Source: a virus
Taxonomy: Duplodnaviria > Caudoviricetes
Strand: one strand, 5' to 3'
Virus record (IMG/VR): IMGVR_UViG_3300040856_000154
Span: 1-25,988 of that record
Length of the DNA: 25,988 bases
Shown: positions 25,320 through 25,988 of the stretch, one piece after another
How positions within the stretch are numbered: the first letter of the stretch is position 1
How the letters are laid out: each line of letters begins with the position of its first letter
Made by a program: the position numbers and the translations under genes
The notes under the pieces: generated by a model
The model's input: only the letters and a program-made list of their open reading frames with translations
Database searches by the model: none
Told to the model about the DNA's origin: nothing

Positions 25320-25987
25320 GTCGTTACTCCTTTCAGTATATGTGCGATAACATCAACTGTCCAACCATTGCCAAGCATCTTGTAACGCTGACTGTTTGAC
25401 ACATGGTTTGTGTAATTATCTGGCACAGTCTGTAATCGCTCACATTCTAGTGGTGTTAGTTTGCGCCACAAAGGACGCATCTCTTTTGTGTAGGCATCCT
25501 CATATCTACCCTGTGACAAGATAGAAATCAAGGTGTCTTTGCTTATAGTGGACAAACAACGAGACTTGTCATGCTCATGCACCTCAAGGCATTGGGTGAT
25601 AGGCACAGACTTGTCATTGTCTTTACGCACACCATCCTGCAACCTACGCCCCACGATAGAGGCAGGGTTGACCATTACCTTTGGCTCAAGGTTGCCACCA
25701 CTTGCAGCACACAGGCTAGGTGATTTACCTTCAGGATGATACACACGCTTGTTATATCCATGACCCTTGATGTCTGCATCACCGACATGGCACAAGCCAT
25801 CCTTGCTGAAGACAATCTGTCTACGGCTCTTGTCAAAGTAGACACGAAGGTTAGACATGCCACCACCTTTGAAGTAGTTGGCATCAATGCAGTGAGACTT
25901 CTCTCTGTCGGTAATGAAGTTATCCTCAAGAATGTCCTGCAACTTGATACCCAGGTCCTGGGGTGTATCAAACGGAATGTTTGTCCA
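25316..25987 (-). CDS. DNA (cytosine-5) methyltransferase, C-terminal part (5'-truncated by window)
   Basis: Frame open to the window edge (WTNIPFDTPQDLGIKLQDILE..); motif IX RKLTPLECERLQTVPD and motif X QRYKMLGNGWTVDVIAHIL. Confidence 0.9.
   Translation of the reverse strand, partial: WTNIPFDTPQDLGIKLQDILEDNFITDREKSHCIDANYFKGGGMSNLRVYFDKSRRQIVFSKDGLCHVGDADIKGHGYNKRVYHPEGKSPSLCAASGGNLEPKVMVNPASIVGRRLQDGVRKDNDKSVPITQCLEVHEHDKSRCLSTISKDTLISILSQGRYEDAYTKEMRPLWRKLTPLECERLQTVPDNYTNHVSNSQRYKMLGNGWTVDVIAHILKGVTT
25949..25962. repeat. ACCCAGGTCCTGGG, copy 2
   Basis: Identical 14-mer at 21070-21083. Confidence 0.8.
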
Positions 25988-25988
25988 G

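Noticed and set aside
1-25988. tRNA/rRNA genes
   Set aside because: No intergenic space with a cloverleaf or T-loop GTTCRA in a suitable context was seen.

Overview
The window is an internal segment of a marine tailed-phage (podovirus-like) genome with two convergent arms that meet at a terminator near 9.48 kb. The + arm (1-9477) is virion morphogenesis: the end of a tail fibre with a peptidase-S74 chaperone, a glycine-rich adhesin-like protein, a fibre chaperone, a small membrane protein and several probable internal/ejection proteins. The - arm (25988->9490) is early and replication genes: C5 DNA methyltransferase (partial), DenV-like glycosylase, SleB-type hydrolase, DUF932, a PD-(D/E)XK nuclease, tyrosine integrase, primase, helicase, HNH endonuclease, family A DNA polymerase with a DnaJ-type Zn-finger insert, SSB-like protein, Cas4-like exonuclease, T7 endonuclease I, DUF3310, class II RNR, small ORFs and MazG. 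The gene order and the DnaJ-insert polymerase point to the HMO-2011-type phages of marine Alphaproteobacteria (inference). The most striking unexplained signal comes from a manual scan: CCWGG is almost absent (7 sites), and every site overlaps a GGWCC (CCAGGWCC). These loci are 2-3 kb apart and only in the replication/early half, which also carries a C5-MTase with three TRD-like modules. Also notable are a CFI-box-CTERM-like Cys-initiated tail on an internal virion protein and a palindrome/repeat-rich regulatory island at 11.0-11.5 kb. All calls are from motif recognition by eye; no database searches were run.
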